Assembly: GCA_025361445.1 (NCBI GenBank)
Contig: JANYLP010000056.1
Span: forward strand, 1-49,529
Direction: 5' to 3'
Source of the DNA: Coriobacteriia bacterium
Lineage (GTDB): Bacteria; Actinomycetota; Coriobacteriia; Anaerosomatales; PALSA-660
Length of the DNA stretch: 49,529 bases
The translations under genes were made by a program, and so were the position numbers. Below, piece by piece: positions 1 through 9,426 of this stretch. Position 1 is the stretch's first letter; each line of letters begins with the position of its first letter. The notes beneath the pieces were generated by a model that was given only the letters and a program-made list of their open reading frames with translations, was not told where the DNA came from and ran no database searches.

Positions 1-566
1 AGCTCACCGCGCAGGTCGCGGAGATCGTCATCCAGGGCGACGACGAGATCGACACCCGGACGCTGGCGGTCGAAGAGCATTCGCTGGAGGTCATGGCCAC
101 CCAGTTCCCCGTCGCTCGCGATCTGAGGCTGCTCCACTCCCTCACCTACGTCGCATGGCACATGGAGCGAATGGGTGACCTGGCGGTCAACATCGCCAAG
201 GCCGCGCGCCGCACCGCAGGGCGAAAGGGTCCGCAGACCCTCTACGATCTGATCCAGGCTCAGGGCAACCTCGTGCATCGCGTCCTCGACGCCATGCTGG
301 CCGCGCTCGAGAACGGCGACCTGGAGCTCGCGCGCAAACTCCCCGAGCTCGACGAGCCGATCGACCATCTCTTCAAGCAGTTCTTCCGCGAACTCGCGCG
401 CCTGCAGAACGAGGATGACATCGAGTGGGCATCCTCGATGGTGCTCGCGAGTCGCTATCTCGAGCGTGTGGCCGACAATGCCGTCGACATCGGCGAGCGC
501 GTACAGTACATGCTCACCGGCACGTTCGACTCCGTCGAGCACACCGCGGACGCCTCCTCGAGCTAG
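1..566 (+). CDS. phoU: Phosphate-uptake regulator PhoU, 5' partial (continues upstream of the window)
   Basis: The frame is open from the window edge (LTAQVAEIVIQGDDEIDTRTLAVEEHSLEV-MATQFPVARDLRLL...). It shows the two-repeat PhoU pattern (PVARDLR...ERMGDLAVNIAK; ...ASRYLERVADNAVDIGE). Stop at 564-566. Confidence 0.85.
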   Translation, partial: LTAQVAEIVIQGDDEIDTRTLAVEEHSLEVMATQFPVARDLRLLHSLTYVAWHMERMGDLAVNIAKAARRTAGRKGPQTLYDLIQAQGNLVHRVLDAMLAALENGDLELARKLPELDEPIDHLFKQFFRELARLQNEDDIEWASSMVLASRYLERVADNAVDIGERVQYMLTGTFDSVEHTADASSS

Positions 567-578
567 GGCGGGACTGGC

Positions 579-1256
579 ATGAGCGCGATCGCGGAGCGGT
601 ATCGGAAGGTGCTCCGCGAGATCGCCGATGCGGCCGATGTGGCCGGACGCGATCCCGCGGAGATCACCCTCGTCGCGGTCAGCAAGACGGTCGGAGTCTC
701 GGAGATCGCCCAAGCCGCCGCCGCGGGGGTTCACGACTTCGGCGAGAACCGTGCTCTCGAGTTCACCGGCAAGCAGGGGCTATTCCCCCGCGAGCGGTGG
801 CACTTCATCGGCACGCTCCAGAGCAACAAAGCCAAGCAGGTCGTCGGCCGCGCCGCGCTCATTCACAGCATCGACTCCGCCGGGCTGCTCGATGCGGTGG
901 ATCGTCGGGCACGGGAAGCCGGCGTCGTGCAGCCCGTCCTGCTTCAGGTGAGCGTTTCGGGGGAGGTCTCCAAGCACGGGATGACCTTCGAGGAGGCTGA
1001 GGACGCGGTGCGGGGCGCTCATGAGATGCCCGGGGTGTCCATCCGCGGGCTGATGACGATGGCCCCGCTCGGTCGGCCAGAGTCCACCCGTTGGGTATTC
1101 AGGGAATGCGCCGAATGGATGGGGCGCCTTCAGTCCCTGCATTGCGACGCCGCGGAACTCACCGAACTCAGCATGGGTATGTCGAATGATTTCGGCGTCG
1201 CCATCGAGGAAGGCGCTACAATCGTTCGGGTAGGCCGGGCGCTGTTCGGCCGATAG
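579..1256 (+). CDS. yggS: YggS/YlmE family pyridoxal-phosphate homeostasis protein
   Basis: Motifs AVSKTV, FGENR and WHFIGTLQSNKAK are typical of the YggS family. It sits in the cell-division cluster upstream of sepF. Confidence 0.9.
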   Translation: MSAIAERYRKVLREIADAADVAGRDPAEITLVAVSKTVGVSEIAQAAAAGVHDFGENRALEFTGKQGLFPRERWHFIGTLQSNKAKQVVGRAALIHSIDSAGLLDAVDRRAREAGVVQPVLLQVSVSGEVSKHGMTFEEAEDAVRGAHEMPGVSIRGLMTMAPLGRPESTRWVFRECAEWMGRLQSLHCDAAELTELSMGMSNDFGVAIEEGATIVRVGRALFGR

Positions 1257-1299
1257 GCGCGCACGCGCGCGTGGTGGAGACGTCCAAGGAGACCGCGCA

Positions 1300-1842
1300 A
1301 TGGGCTTCATGCACCGCTTCAAAGTCATGCTCGGTCTGGCCGACGAGTTCGATGACGAGTACGACGATGAGGACTACGGTCCCGCCGACACCTATGACGA
1401 CGAAGAGGACGCCCCCGCGCGTTCCTACACTTCGCCCTACGGGACGGAGTCGAACTCCGTGCGCAGGATCAATCGGGAGCCCGATCTGACGCGTGCGCGC
1501 GACGCTGCGCCGCTTCGAGCCGTGCCGCCGATGACGGAGTCCGCTGCATCCGCCTCCGGGCCGCAGGTGCGGATCCACACGATCGAGCCGCGTGCGTTCT
1601 CTGAGGCGCAGTCGATCGCGGACAAGTTCAAGGCCGGACAGCCGGTCATCATGAATCTCACCGGTACCGACGCGGAGCTGTCGCGGCGGCTGCTCGATTT
1701 CGCCTCCGGACTGACCTACGCGCTCGACGGGGGCCTCCAGAAGGTGTCCGACCGCGTGTTCATGCTGACACCGCGCAACGTCGACGTTTCCACGGCCGGG
1801 CAGGTTCGCTCGCGTAGCGCCGCCGGCCTGTTCGGCGAGTAG
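1300..1842 (+). CDS. sepF: Cell division protein SepF
   Basis: Acidic low-complexity N-terminal half followed by the conserved SepF core (IHTIEPRAFSEAQSIADKFKAGQPVIMNL...DFASGLTYALDGGLQKVSDRVFMLTP). Confidence 0.9.
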   Translation: MGFMHRFKVMLGLADEFDDEYDDEDYGPADTYDDEEDAPARSYTSPYGTESNSVRRINREPDLTRARDAAPLRAVPPMTESAASASGPQVRIHTIEPRAFSEAQSIADKFKAGQPVIMNLTGTDAELSRRLLDFASGLTYALDGGLQKVSDRVFMLTPRNVDVSTAGQVRSRSAAGLFGE

Positions 1843-1844
1843 GC

Positions 1845-2663
1845 GTGCCGCACATCGAGGGCGTCACCCGCCTGGCGATCATCGGCGGTGGACGGATGGG
1901 CGAGGCCATCACCGCAGGCTTGGTGCGGGCCGAGGTGCTTGCCCCTTCAGAGATCGTCGTCGCAGAGCCGGATCCCGGGAAACGGGACCGGCTCGTTGCG
2001 TCCCATGGCGTTAAGGTGGCACAGGACGGTCTCGACGCGGTCTGTGGCGCGGATGCGGTCATCGTCGCCGTGAAGCCGCAAGTCATCGACGCCGTGCTGA
2101 CCTTGCTGTCCTCGGCCGTCGGAGACGCCCTCGTGGTGAGCATCGCCGGCGGCGTGACCTGCGCCCGCATCGAGTCGCACCTGCCCCCGGGGACGCGCGT
2201 GGTGCGCGTCATGCCGAACACCCCCGCGCTCGTCGGAGTTGGGATGAGCATAGTCAGCGGCGGAACCGAGGCTACGGGCGGCGACGTGGCGAAAGTCGAG
2301 GCGCTCTTCGGTGCCGTCGGCGACGTCGTGGTACTCCCCGAGGACCTGCAGGATGCCTGTACGGCGATATCGGGCTGCGGTCCCGCCTACATGGCGCTCT
2401 TCGTCGATGCGCTCGCCACGGCGGGTATCACCGAGGGGCTCACGCGCGAGCTCGGCGAGCGTCTGGCTCTGCAGACCATGGCGGGCACCGTCGAACTCCT
2501 CCGGTCGACCGGTCAGACCCCCGCGGAGGTCATCGATGCGGTCTCGAGTCCGGGCGGATCGACCGTGGCCGCGGTTACGCAGCTCGAGGAGCGTGGGGTC
2601 CGCACGATCATCGCCGCCGCAGTGCATGCCGCGGTGGTTCGCTCCCGAGAACTCGGACGCTGA
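1845..2663 (+). CDS. proC: Pyrroline-5-carboxylate reductase
   Basis: GTG start. Contains the Rossmann motif IIGGGRMGEAI, plus VKPQV, MPNTPALVG, SGCGPAY and SPGGSTVAA. Confidence 0.9.
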   Translation: MPHIEGVTRLAIIGGGRMGEAITAGLVRAEVLAPSEIVVAEPDPGKRDRLVASHGVKVAQDGLDAVCGADAVIVAVKPQVIDAVLTLLSSAVGDALVVSIAGGVTCARIESHLPPGTRVVRVMPNTPALVGVGMSIVSGGTEATGGDVAKVEALFGAVGDVVVLPEDLQDACTAISGCGPAYMALFVDALATAGITEGLTRELGERLALQTMAGTVELLRSTGQTPAEVIDAVSSPGGSTVAAVTQLEERGVRTIIAAAVHAAVVRSRELGR

Positions 2664-2666
2664 CGG

Positions 2667-2933
2667 ATGAGATTGACCGGGTACGTCGCCAACTTCATCA
2701 GCATCTACTCGTTCGTGATACTGGCTTACATCGTCATGAGCTGGTTCGCGTCGGAGGTGAGCGGCCCTCTCGGAGGGATCTACCGCGGTCTTGCATCGAT
2801 ATGTGAGCCGTTTCTCGGGATCTTCCGACGGCTCCTGCCGCCGGTCATGGTCGGCTCCGCGGGCATCGATCTGTCACCCATCATCGCTCTGTTCGTTTTG
2901 AGGCTCCTTGGCGGGTACATCGGCGGCCTCTGA
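2667..2933 (+). CDS. yggT: YggT/YlmG family small membrane protein
   Basis: 88 aa with two hydrophobic helices and a YggT-like pattern (YSFVILAYIVMSW...P...I...EP.L...R...P....GIDLSPI). Conserved position between sepF and divIVA. Confidence 0.85.
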   Translation: MRLTGYVANFISIYSFVILAYIVMSWFASEVSGPLGGIYRGLASICEPFLGIFRRLLPPVMVGSAGIDLSPIIALFVLRLLGGYIGGL

Positions 2934-3009
2934 GACCGACGCGTTCTGGTATCGTGCGTATCAAATGGACGGGGAGTCCCTCGCACGGCTTCGAAAGGAA
3001 CGTCAGGCC

Positions 3010-3735
3010 ATGAAACTCACGCCTCTCGATATCCATCACAAGGAGTTCCGCAATGCGCTTCGCGGCTACAGCCCCGAGGAAGTCGACGACTTCCTCGACG
3101 AGGTTGCCGACGAGTTCGAGCGGCTCTTCAAGGAAAACATCGATCTGAACGAGAAGCTGGAAGTCGCGGCTGCCCGTGTGCGCGACTACGGCGCGCTCGA
3201 GCACACGCTCCAGGCAACGCTCGTGTCTGCTCAGCAGTCCGCTGAGGACATCAAGGCGCGCGCCGGCGCTGAGTCCGACCGTATGCTGCGCGAGGCCGAG
3301 GCGAAGGCCGCCGAGGTCGTGGGATCCGCTCTCGAGGAGAAACAGCACTCGCAGGCCGAGTACGCGCGCCTCCAGAAGGCCGAGAAGGAGTTCCGCTCGT
3401 CTTTCCGCGGCATGCTCGAGGCGTACCTCAAAGACGTTGCCGACGCGGTCGCCCCGGTGGCTGCGCCCGTCTTCGTCGCTCCGGAACCGGTCGTCTTCGT
3501 CGCTGAACCCGAGCCCGAGCCTGAGCGGGAACCAGCACCCGCGCCCGTGCAGGAGGTCATCGCCGCCGTCGGGGAAACGGGCGCCGTCGTCTCTCTGACA
3601 CTCGGCGAGGTCGGTGGAGCCGAGCCGTCTTTTGAAGATGACATGCCCTCCCTCGAGATTCCCGAGGAGTTCGCGATTCCGCCGCGCGGTGTGGTCGGAG
3701 AGCTGGACGACCTCGATATCGAGGAGATCGACTAG
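3010..3735 (+). CDS. divIVA: DivIVA domain protein (Wag31-like)
   Basis: Start chosen at ATG 3010 (MKLTPLDIHHKEFRNALRGYSPEEVDDFLDEV, the canonical DivIVA N-terminus). Coiled-coil middle and acidic C-terminus. The track ORF beginning at 2908 overlaps yggT and is probably too long. Confidence 0.9.
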   Translation: MKLTPLDIHHKEFRNALRGYSPEEVDDFLDEVADEFERLFKENIDLNEKLEVAAARVRDYGALEHTLQATLVSAQQSAEDIKARAGAESDRMLREAEAKAAEVVGSALEEKQHSQAEYARLQKAEKEFRSSFRGMLEAYLKDVADAVAPVAAPVFVAPEPVVFVAEPEPEPEREPAPAPVQEVIAAVGETGAVVSLTLGEVGGAEPSFEDDMPSLEIPEEFAIPPRGVVGELDDLDIEEID

Positions 3736-3745
3736 GCCCCGGCGC

Positions 3746-4009
3746 ATGACCGCGCGCATCACCGTACGCGCCACCCCCCGCTCCGGCCGCGACTTCATCG
3801 AGGCAGGAGCGGGGGGTGTCTTTCTCGTGCGGGTGACCGCGCCACCCGACGACGGAAAGGCGAATGCGGCCGTTTGTCGTGTGGTCGCAGAGGCCCTGCA
3901 GGTCCCCAAGAGCGCAGTGACCGTCGTCCGTGGTCACACGGCACGGGTCAAGACGCTCGAGGTCGCCGGGCTGACGGACGATGAGGCGGCCGTGCGCCTG
4001 CCGCGTTGA
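3746..4009 (+). CDS. DUF167 (YggU-like) protein
   Basis: Start at ATG 3746 (MTARITVRATPRSGRD...V.APP.DGKAN.A...V.A..L.V.KS.V.VV.G..ARVK). This is the typical DUF167 signature. Confidence 0.8.
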   Translation: MTARITVRATPRSGRDFIEAGAGGVFLVRVTAPPDDGKANAAVCRVVAEALQVPKSAVTVVRGHTARVKTLEVAGLTDDEAAVRLPR

Positions 4010-4084
4010 CCCTCCCGTGGTCGAGAGCTACCCTAGTTACCCATCGTGCGGCAGGCGCGCACGCCATAGTGTGTGAACGGCGAT

Positions 4085-4372
4085 GACGAGGACGAGTAGG
4101 AGCGGGGAGACCCGGTCGTCCAGCGAGCGGGGCACCTTCGATGGAAGCCCGCGGCGGGACCGCTTCGAAGATCACCTCACCAGCCCCGGACCGATACGGC
4201 CGCACGCGCGCCGGGTAGGCTCCGGCGGGGCCCGCACCCCGTTACGGAAGCGGCCGAGTGGCGCGCGGACCTACGAATGTGGGGTCGGCGCAAGCTGGGT
4301 GGTACCGCGGAGTGCTCCGGAACTATCTGAGGCGCGCTTCGTCCCGGCGACTGGACGAGGTGCGCCCTTTGC
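4085..4372 (+). promoter_or_regulatory. T-box leader RNA upstream of ileS (Ile specifier AUC)
   Basis: The T-box core GGGTGGTACCGCG is present at 4297-4309, preceded by AAGCT. A stem-I-like region contains AGTA (about 4096) and GAAG-ATC-A (ATC at 4171-4173), which could present an Ile codon followed by a purine. A continuous 14-bp helix at 4331-4366 is followed by CTTT and looks like a terminator. The downstream gene is ileS. Confidence 0.75.
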
Positions 4373-4423
4373 GTGCCGCGTAGGCGATCGCGGCACGAAC
4401 GGACACGAGGAGCTGGAGCGAAG

Positions 4424-7210
4424 ATGGCTGACAAGGCCGACTACAAGAGCACGATGAACCTGCCGGTCACGGACTTCCCGATGCGCGCGAACCTGAGCGC
4501 GCGCGAGCCGGGATTCGTCGAGCGGTGGGACGAGATGGACATCTACCGCCGAACGCTCGAGGCGAACGCTGACAAGCCGGTGTTCATCCTGCACGACGGC
4601 CCACCGTACGCCAACGGCCACATCCACATGGGCACCGCCTTCAACAAGGTGTTCAAGGACCTCATCGTGAAGTACAAGACGATGCGGGGGTACTTCTCGC
4701 CGTACGTTCCGGGTTGGGACTGCCACGGGCAGCCCATCGAGCATCAGGTCGAGAAGAACCTCGGACCGGATCGGATGAAGCAGACCTCGCGCGCCGAGGT
4801 ACGTGCGCTGTGCCGCGACTACGCCCTGTCCTTCGTGAAGACGCAGGGTGACGAGTTCCGCCGCCTCGGCGTTCGCGGCGATTTCGCCGACCCGTACCTG
4901 ACGCTCAACCACTCGTACGAAGCGGGCAACGTTCGCATCTTCAAGAAGATGTACGAGAGCGGCATGATCTACCGGGGCGCGAAGCCGATCCACTGGTGCG
5001 TGCGCTGTAAGACCGCGCTCGCGGAAGCAGAGATCGAATACGGTGATGAGGTTTCCGACAGCATCTACGTGAAGTTCCAGTTCACATCGAGGGTTGATGC
5101 CTTTGCGGATCGTGCCGAGCCAGTCTCCGTGGTCATCTGGACCACGACACCGTGGACGCTTCCGGCCAACGTGGCGGTCACACTGTCGGACGACGCCGAC
5201 TACGTCGGAGTGCTCGTCGATGGCGAGATCCTGGTCATGGCTTCTGCGCTCGTCGAATCAGTGGCCGCGGCTGCCGGTTGGGACGCGTACGAACTCCTGC
5301 CGTCCAAGGTGAAAGGCTCCGCGCTGGCGGGGCTGCACTACTCCCACCCCGTCCATGAGGGGGTCGAGGGGGTCATCATCACCGGCGACCACGTTGAACT
5401 CTCGACGGGAACCGGTGCGGTCCACACCGCCCCCGGCCACGGTGAGGACGACTACATCGTGGGCCGCAAGTTCGGTCTCCCGATGCCAATGCCGGTGGAT
5501 GACGACGGGCGCTTCGACACCGGAGGAGGGCCATTCGCGGGCCTGTCGGTCCGCGAGGCGAACCCCGTGATCGTCGAGTGGCTGCGCGAGCGCGGATCCC
5601 TGCTGGCCGCGGGCAAGATCTCGCACAGCTATCCGCACTGCTGGCGCTGCAAGAAGCCGGTCATCTTCCGAGCGACCGAGCAGTGGTTCGTGTCGATGGA
5701 TCGTGCCGCCGAAGGCGTGCGCCCGCTTCGCGACGCCGCTATGGAAGCCATCGGCCAGGTCGAGTGGATCCCCGGCTGGGCCGTGAACCGGATGTCCTCG
5801 ATGGTCGGCGACCGACCGGACTGGTGCATATCGCGTCAGCGCGCCTGGGGCGTGCCGATCCCGGTCTTCACCTGCGCGAAGTGCGGCGAGACCATCGCGA
5901 CCCCGGCGACGTTCGACGCCGTCATCGCGCTGTTCGAGACTGAGGGTGCCGACGCATGGTTCACCAAGTCGCCTTCGGAGTACCTGCCGGAAGGCACTGC
6001 ATGCACGCGTTGCGGCGGTACGGAGCTCACCCCCGAGGACGACATCCTTGACGTCTGGTTCGAGTCCGGTGTCTCGCACACGAGCGTTCTCGAGGCTCGT
6101 CCCGAACTGCGGCGTCCGGCCGAGCTCTATCTCGAGGGTTCCGACCAGCATCGCGGTTGGTTCCAATCCTCACTGCTCACGAGCGTCGGTGCCTACGGCG
6201 AAGCGCCGTTCCGGTCGGTTCTCACGCACGGCTTCATCGTGGACGGCGACGGTCGGAAGATGTCGAAGTCGCTCGGCAACGTGATCAGTCCCACCGACGT
6301 GGTCGGCAAGTACGGCGCCGACATCATCCGGCTCTGGGCGGCGAGCGCCGACTACGGACAGGACATTTCCGTGTCCGACGAGATCCTCGAGCGCACGAGC
6401 GAGGCGTACCGGCGCATCCGCAACACGTTCCGGTTCCTGCTCTCCAACCTGTACGACTACGATCCGAAGGACGCCGTGTCCTTCGCGGACATGGTCGAGC
6501 TCGATCGATACGCGATGGTGCGGCTGGCCGACCTCGTTCGCGACGTCACCGCCGCCTACGACGAATGGCGCTTCCACGCGGTCTACCGCCACATCTACGA
6601 GTACTGCGTCACTGACCTCTCATCGTTCTACCTCGACGTGCTCAAGGACCGCCTCTACGCAGACGCCGCGGACTCGCACGAGCGCCGCAGCGCGCAGACC
6701 GTGCTCGCGGCCATCGCCACCGCCATGGTCCGTACCGTGGCCCCGATCCTCACGTTCACCTCCGAGGAGGTGTGGCTCTCGCTCCCCGAGACGATGCGTG
6801 GCGGGGTCGACACCGTGCAGCTCGCCGGGTGGCCCGTCGTGGAGATCGACGAGAGCGCCGCCGGAGGGCTCCGTGCCGCGTACGGGACCGTTCTCGAAGT
6901 TCGTGACGTCGTGACCAAGGCCCTCGAAGACGCGCGCAACGCTGGCGTGGTCGGGAAGTCGCAGGAGGCGTCGGTCACGCTCACCGCGCCGAGCGACATG
7001 ATCGCTGCACTCGACCAACGGCCTTCCCTCGCGGACCTCTTCATCGTCGGAGGCGTCACGCTGGTCGTCGGCGCGGCAGGAACGGACGTGCGAGTCGATC
7101 GCGCCGCGGGGGAGAAATGCCCACGCTGCTGGAATATCCGGACGGACGTGGGTTCCGATGCTTCGCATCCGGAGGTCTGCGCGCGCTGCGCAAGGGTGCT
7201 CGGAGCCTGA
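4424..7210 (+). CDS. ileS: Isoleucine--tRNA ligase
   Basis: Start at ATG 4424 with GAGGAG at 4407-4412. HIGH-type motif (PYANGHIHMGT), KMSKS motif (KMSKSLGN) and C-terminal zinc cysteines (CPRCW...CARC). Confidence 0.97.
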   Translation: MADKADYKSTMNLPVTDFPMRANLSAREPGFVERWDEMDIYRRTLEANADKPVFILHDGPPYANGHIHMGTAFNKVFKDLIVKYKTMRGYFSPYVPGWDCHGQPIEHQVEKNLGPDRMKQTSRAEVRALCRDYALSFVKTQGDEFRRLGVRGDFADPYLTLNHSYEAGNVRIFKKMYESGMIYRGAKPIHWCVRCKTALAEAEIEYGDEVSDSIYVKFQFTSRVDAFADRAEPVSVVIWTTTPWTLPANVAVTLSDDADYVGVLVDGEILVMASALVESVAAAAGWDAYELLPSKVKGSALAGLHYSHPVHEGVEGVIITGDHVELSTGTGAVHTAPGHGEDDYIVGRKFGLPMPMPVDDDGRFDTGGGPFAGLSVREANPVIVEWLRERGSLLAAGKISHSYPHCWRCKKPVIFRATEQWFVSMDRAAEGVRPLRDAAMEAIGQVEWIPGWAVNRMSSMVGDRPDWCISRQRAWGVPIPVFTCAKCGETIATPATFDAVIALFETEGADAWFTKSPSEYLPEGTACTRCGGTELTPEDDILDVWFESGVSHTSVLEARPELRRPAELYLEGSDQHRGWFQSSLLTSVGAYGEAPFRSVLTHGFIVDGDGRKMSKSLGNVISPTDVVGKYGADIIRLWAASADYGQDISVSDEILERTSEAYRRIRNTFRFLLSNLYDYDPKDAVSFADMVELDRYAMVRLADLVRDVTAAYDEWRFHAVYRHIYEYCVTDLSSFYLDVLKDRLYADAADSHERRSAQTVLAAIATAMVRTVAPILTFTSEEVWLSLPETMRGGVDTVQLAGWPVVEIDESAAGGLRAAYGTVLEVRDVVTKALEDARNAGVVGKSQEASVTLTAPSDMIAALDQRPSLADLFIVGGVTLVVGAAGTDVRVDRAAGEKCPRCWNIRTDVGSDASHPEVCARCARVLGA

Positions 7211-7245
7211 GCACACCCCGTACGGTGGTATGATTGAACCAAGCC

Positions 7246-7271
7246 GCGACCCCCGCCAGCTCGGGGGTCGC
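7246..7271 (+). terminator. Stem-loop after ileS (terminator-like, no T-tract)
   Basis: GCGACCCCCG-ccagct-CGGGGGTCGC forms a perfect 10-bp GC-rich stem 36 nt after the ileS stop. It lacks a U-run. Confidence 0.5.
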
Positions 7272-7333
7272 GTCCTACGACCACCAGAACGAGACCCACT
7301 CGTGGACCGCTCCGGATCGGGAGGACGACCACC

Positions 7334-7699
7334 ATGGATGCGAAGGCGCTCGCCGAGATCACGGACGCCCTGCTCGCTGAGCGGGCGCGGCTCGCGCACG
7401 AGATCACGGATCTGGAGCGTGATAGCTCCGTAAGCCAGTCGGACACGTCCGGTGAGAACGCCTACCGCGACCACATGGCCGATCAGGGCACCGCGACGTT
7501 CGGCAAAGAACTCGACATGACGCTCGAGGGCAACGCTCGCGAGCTCTACGAGGCGGTCCTCGCAGCTCTCGCCCGAGTGGACAAGGGCGGCTTCGGAACG
7601 TGCGTCCGCTGCGGCGCCGAGATCAACATGGACCGGCTGCGAGCGATGCCTGCGGCCGAGTTGTGCATCTCATGCAAAGAGTGGGAGGAATCCCGCTAG
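7334..7699 (+). CDS. DksA/TraR-family C4 zinc-finger protein (YlyA-like position)
   Basis: C-terminal CVRCGAEI...(17 aa)...CISC four-cysteine finger preceded by a coiled-coil. It occupies the position between ileS and lspA, as ylyA does in Bacillus subtilis. Confidence 0.8.
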   Translation: MDAKALAEITDALLAERARLAHEITDLERDSSVSQSDTSGENAYRDHMADQGTATFGKELDMTLEGNARELYEAVLAALARVDKGGFGTCVRCGAEINMDRLRAMPAAELCISCKEWEESR

Positions 7700-8199
7700 T
7701 GCGCAGAGGCCCCGTCGTCTCCGCGGCCATCGCGGCCGCAGTACTGGCGGTCGACCAGGCAACGAAGGTCGCGGTCCGCGCCGCCATGCCGACGCCGGGC
7801 GCATCGGTGCCCGTCTTCGGCGACCTCGTGCGTCTGACGTTCACGCAGAACGACGGAGCGGCCTGGGGCCTGCTTCCGGGTGGTCGAGTATGGTTCATCA
7901 TCGTGTCGTTCGCGGCGGTGTGCGTCATCGCCGGCTACCTGATCCGGCGTCGCCCACAGAACGCATGGCTGGTCGTCGCGCTCGGGCTCGTCGCCGCCGG
8001 CGCGCTCGGGAACGCGATCGACCGCGCCTACTTCGGGTGGGTCACCGACTTCATCCAGATCCCCTTCGATTTCCCCGTGTTCAACGTTGCCGACGCCTCC
8101 GTTGTGGTCGGTGTCGGCATGCTGGTGTGGTGGCTGCTCTTCGGTCCCGCACCGGCGGACGGCGAGATCGCCTCGAGCGGCCCTGCCGAAGGGCGGTAG
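7699..8199 (+). CDS. lspA: Lipoprotein signal peptidase II
   Basis: GTG 7699 overlaps the TAG of the preceding gene. Motifs FTQNDGAAWGLL, GNAIDR and FPVFNVADASV. The track ORF start at 7600 overlaps the upstream gene and is unlikely. Confidence 0.9.
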   Translation: MRRGPVVSAAIAAAVLAVDQATKVAVRAAMPTPGASVPVFGDLVRLTFTQNDGAAWGLLPGGRVWFIIVSFAAVCVIAGYLIRRRPQNAWLVVALGLVAAGALGNAIDRAYFGWVTDFIQIPFDFPVFNVADASVVVGVGMLVWWLLFGPAPADGEIASSGPAEGR

Positions 8200-8205
8200 C
8201 GGCTC

Positions 8206-9234
8206 ATGTCGCGCGCCACTGAAGGAACGGTCACCCATACGGTGCGCGCCGACGAGGCCGGCGGTCGCGTCGACGTGCTCATCGCCGAGATCGGTCTGCT
8301 ACCGAGCCGCGCTTTCGCCCAGAAGCTTATCGAGCGCAACTGCGTCAGCGTGAACGGTCAGACGGTCACCAAGCGGTACAAGCCATGCGGCGGCGACCGC
8401 ATCCAGATCGAGATCCCGCCGTCGGAGTCCTCCGAGCTGATCGCTGAGGACATCGCTCTCGACGTCCGGTTCGAGGACGAGTCCCTCATCGTGCTGTCGA
8501 AGGCCGCTGGTATGGTCGTGCACCCGGCGCACGGTCACTGGTCGGGAACGCTCGTGCATGCGCTGCTGGGGTACTCAGACGACCTCGGAACGCTTGCGGG
8601 CGACGAGCGTCCGGGCATCGTGCACCGGCTGGACAAGGACACCTCCGGCCTCATGATCGTCGCGAAGAACGACGACGTTCAGCGGGCTCTTCAGTCGATG
8701 ATCAAACAGCGTCTGGTCGACCGCCGGTACCTGTCGCTCGTGCACGGCCGGATCGTTCCGGACACCGGCCTGATCGATGCCCCGATCGGTCGTCATCCCA
8801 AGGAACCGAAGAAGATGTGGGTCAGCGACGCGGCGCAGGCGCGGCAGGCGGTGACGTCGTTCTCGACGCTCGAGCGCTTCGAAGCCGGTGGAGTCGATGA
8901 CGGCTATACGCTCGTGGAGTGCAAGCTGCAGACGGGCCGGACGCATCAGATCCGCGTACACATGGCCTACATACAGCACCCGGTCGTTGGCGATCCGCTC
9001 TACGGCAGGCGCAAGATCAAAGAGGACCTCGGGCTGGAGCGCCAGTTCCTCCACAGCTGGACGATCGGCTTCGATCACCCGGTCACGGGGGAGCGGATCG
9101 AACTCACCGAGCCGCTGCCGGCGGACCTGATCGGCGCTCTCGCCGTCATAGCGGGGCGCAGTGACGGAAGGACGCCCAGAGGCGTCGGGGTCGAGGCCCA
9201 GATCGTCGCGAAGGGCGCCTCCACGGCCGAGTAG
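8206..9234 (+). CDS. rluD: RluA-family 23S rRNA pseudouridine synthase (RluD-like)
   Basis: N-terminal S4-like segment, catalytic HRLDKDTSGLMIVAKN, and GRTHQIRVHMA. Confidence 0.9.
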   Translation: MSRATEGTVTHTVRADEAGGRVDVLIAEIGLLPSRAFAQKLIERNCVSVNGQTVTKRYKPCGGDRIQIEIPPSESSELIAEDIALDVRFEDESLIVLSKAAGMVVHPAHGHWSGTLVHALLGYSDDLGTLAGDERPGIVHRLDKDTSGLMIVAKNDDVQRALQSMIKQRLVDRRYLSLVHGRIVPDTGLIDAPIGRHPKEPKKMWVSDAAQARQAVTSFSTLERFEAGGVDDGYTLVECKLQTGRTHQIRVHMAYIQHPVVGDPLYGRRKIKEDLGLERQFLHSWTIGFDHPVTGERIELTEPLPADLIGALAVIAGRSDGRTPRGVGVEAQIVAKGASTAE

Positions 9235-9426
9235 GCCGGCCCGGCGCGGCGCGACGGGATTCCCGCGAGTCGCCGGCAGGCCGACGCTCTCGTGGTGTCT
9301 CCGTGGATTATCGCCACCTCACGGGCGGAACGGAGGGTCGAAGCGGTATCCTCGGAACCGGCTCCGCGTGATCGTCTGCGCGGGCTGGCGACAGGGCTCC
9401 ACCACGTTTCGACCGGAAGGTACCCC

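Noticed and set aside
9235-9426. A 192-nt intergenic region upstream of the response regulator, checked for a riboswitch or small ORF.
   Set aside because: Only short (4-5 bp) inverted repeats are present, with no conserved motif I recognise. It most likely holds the promoter and 5' UTR of the two-component operon.
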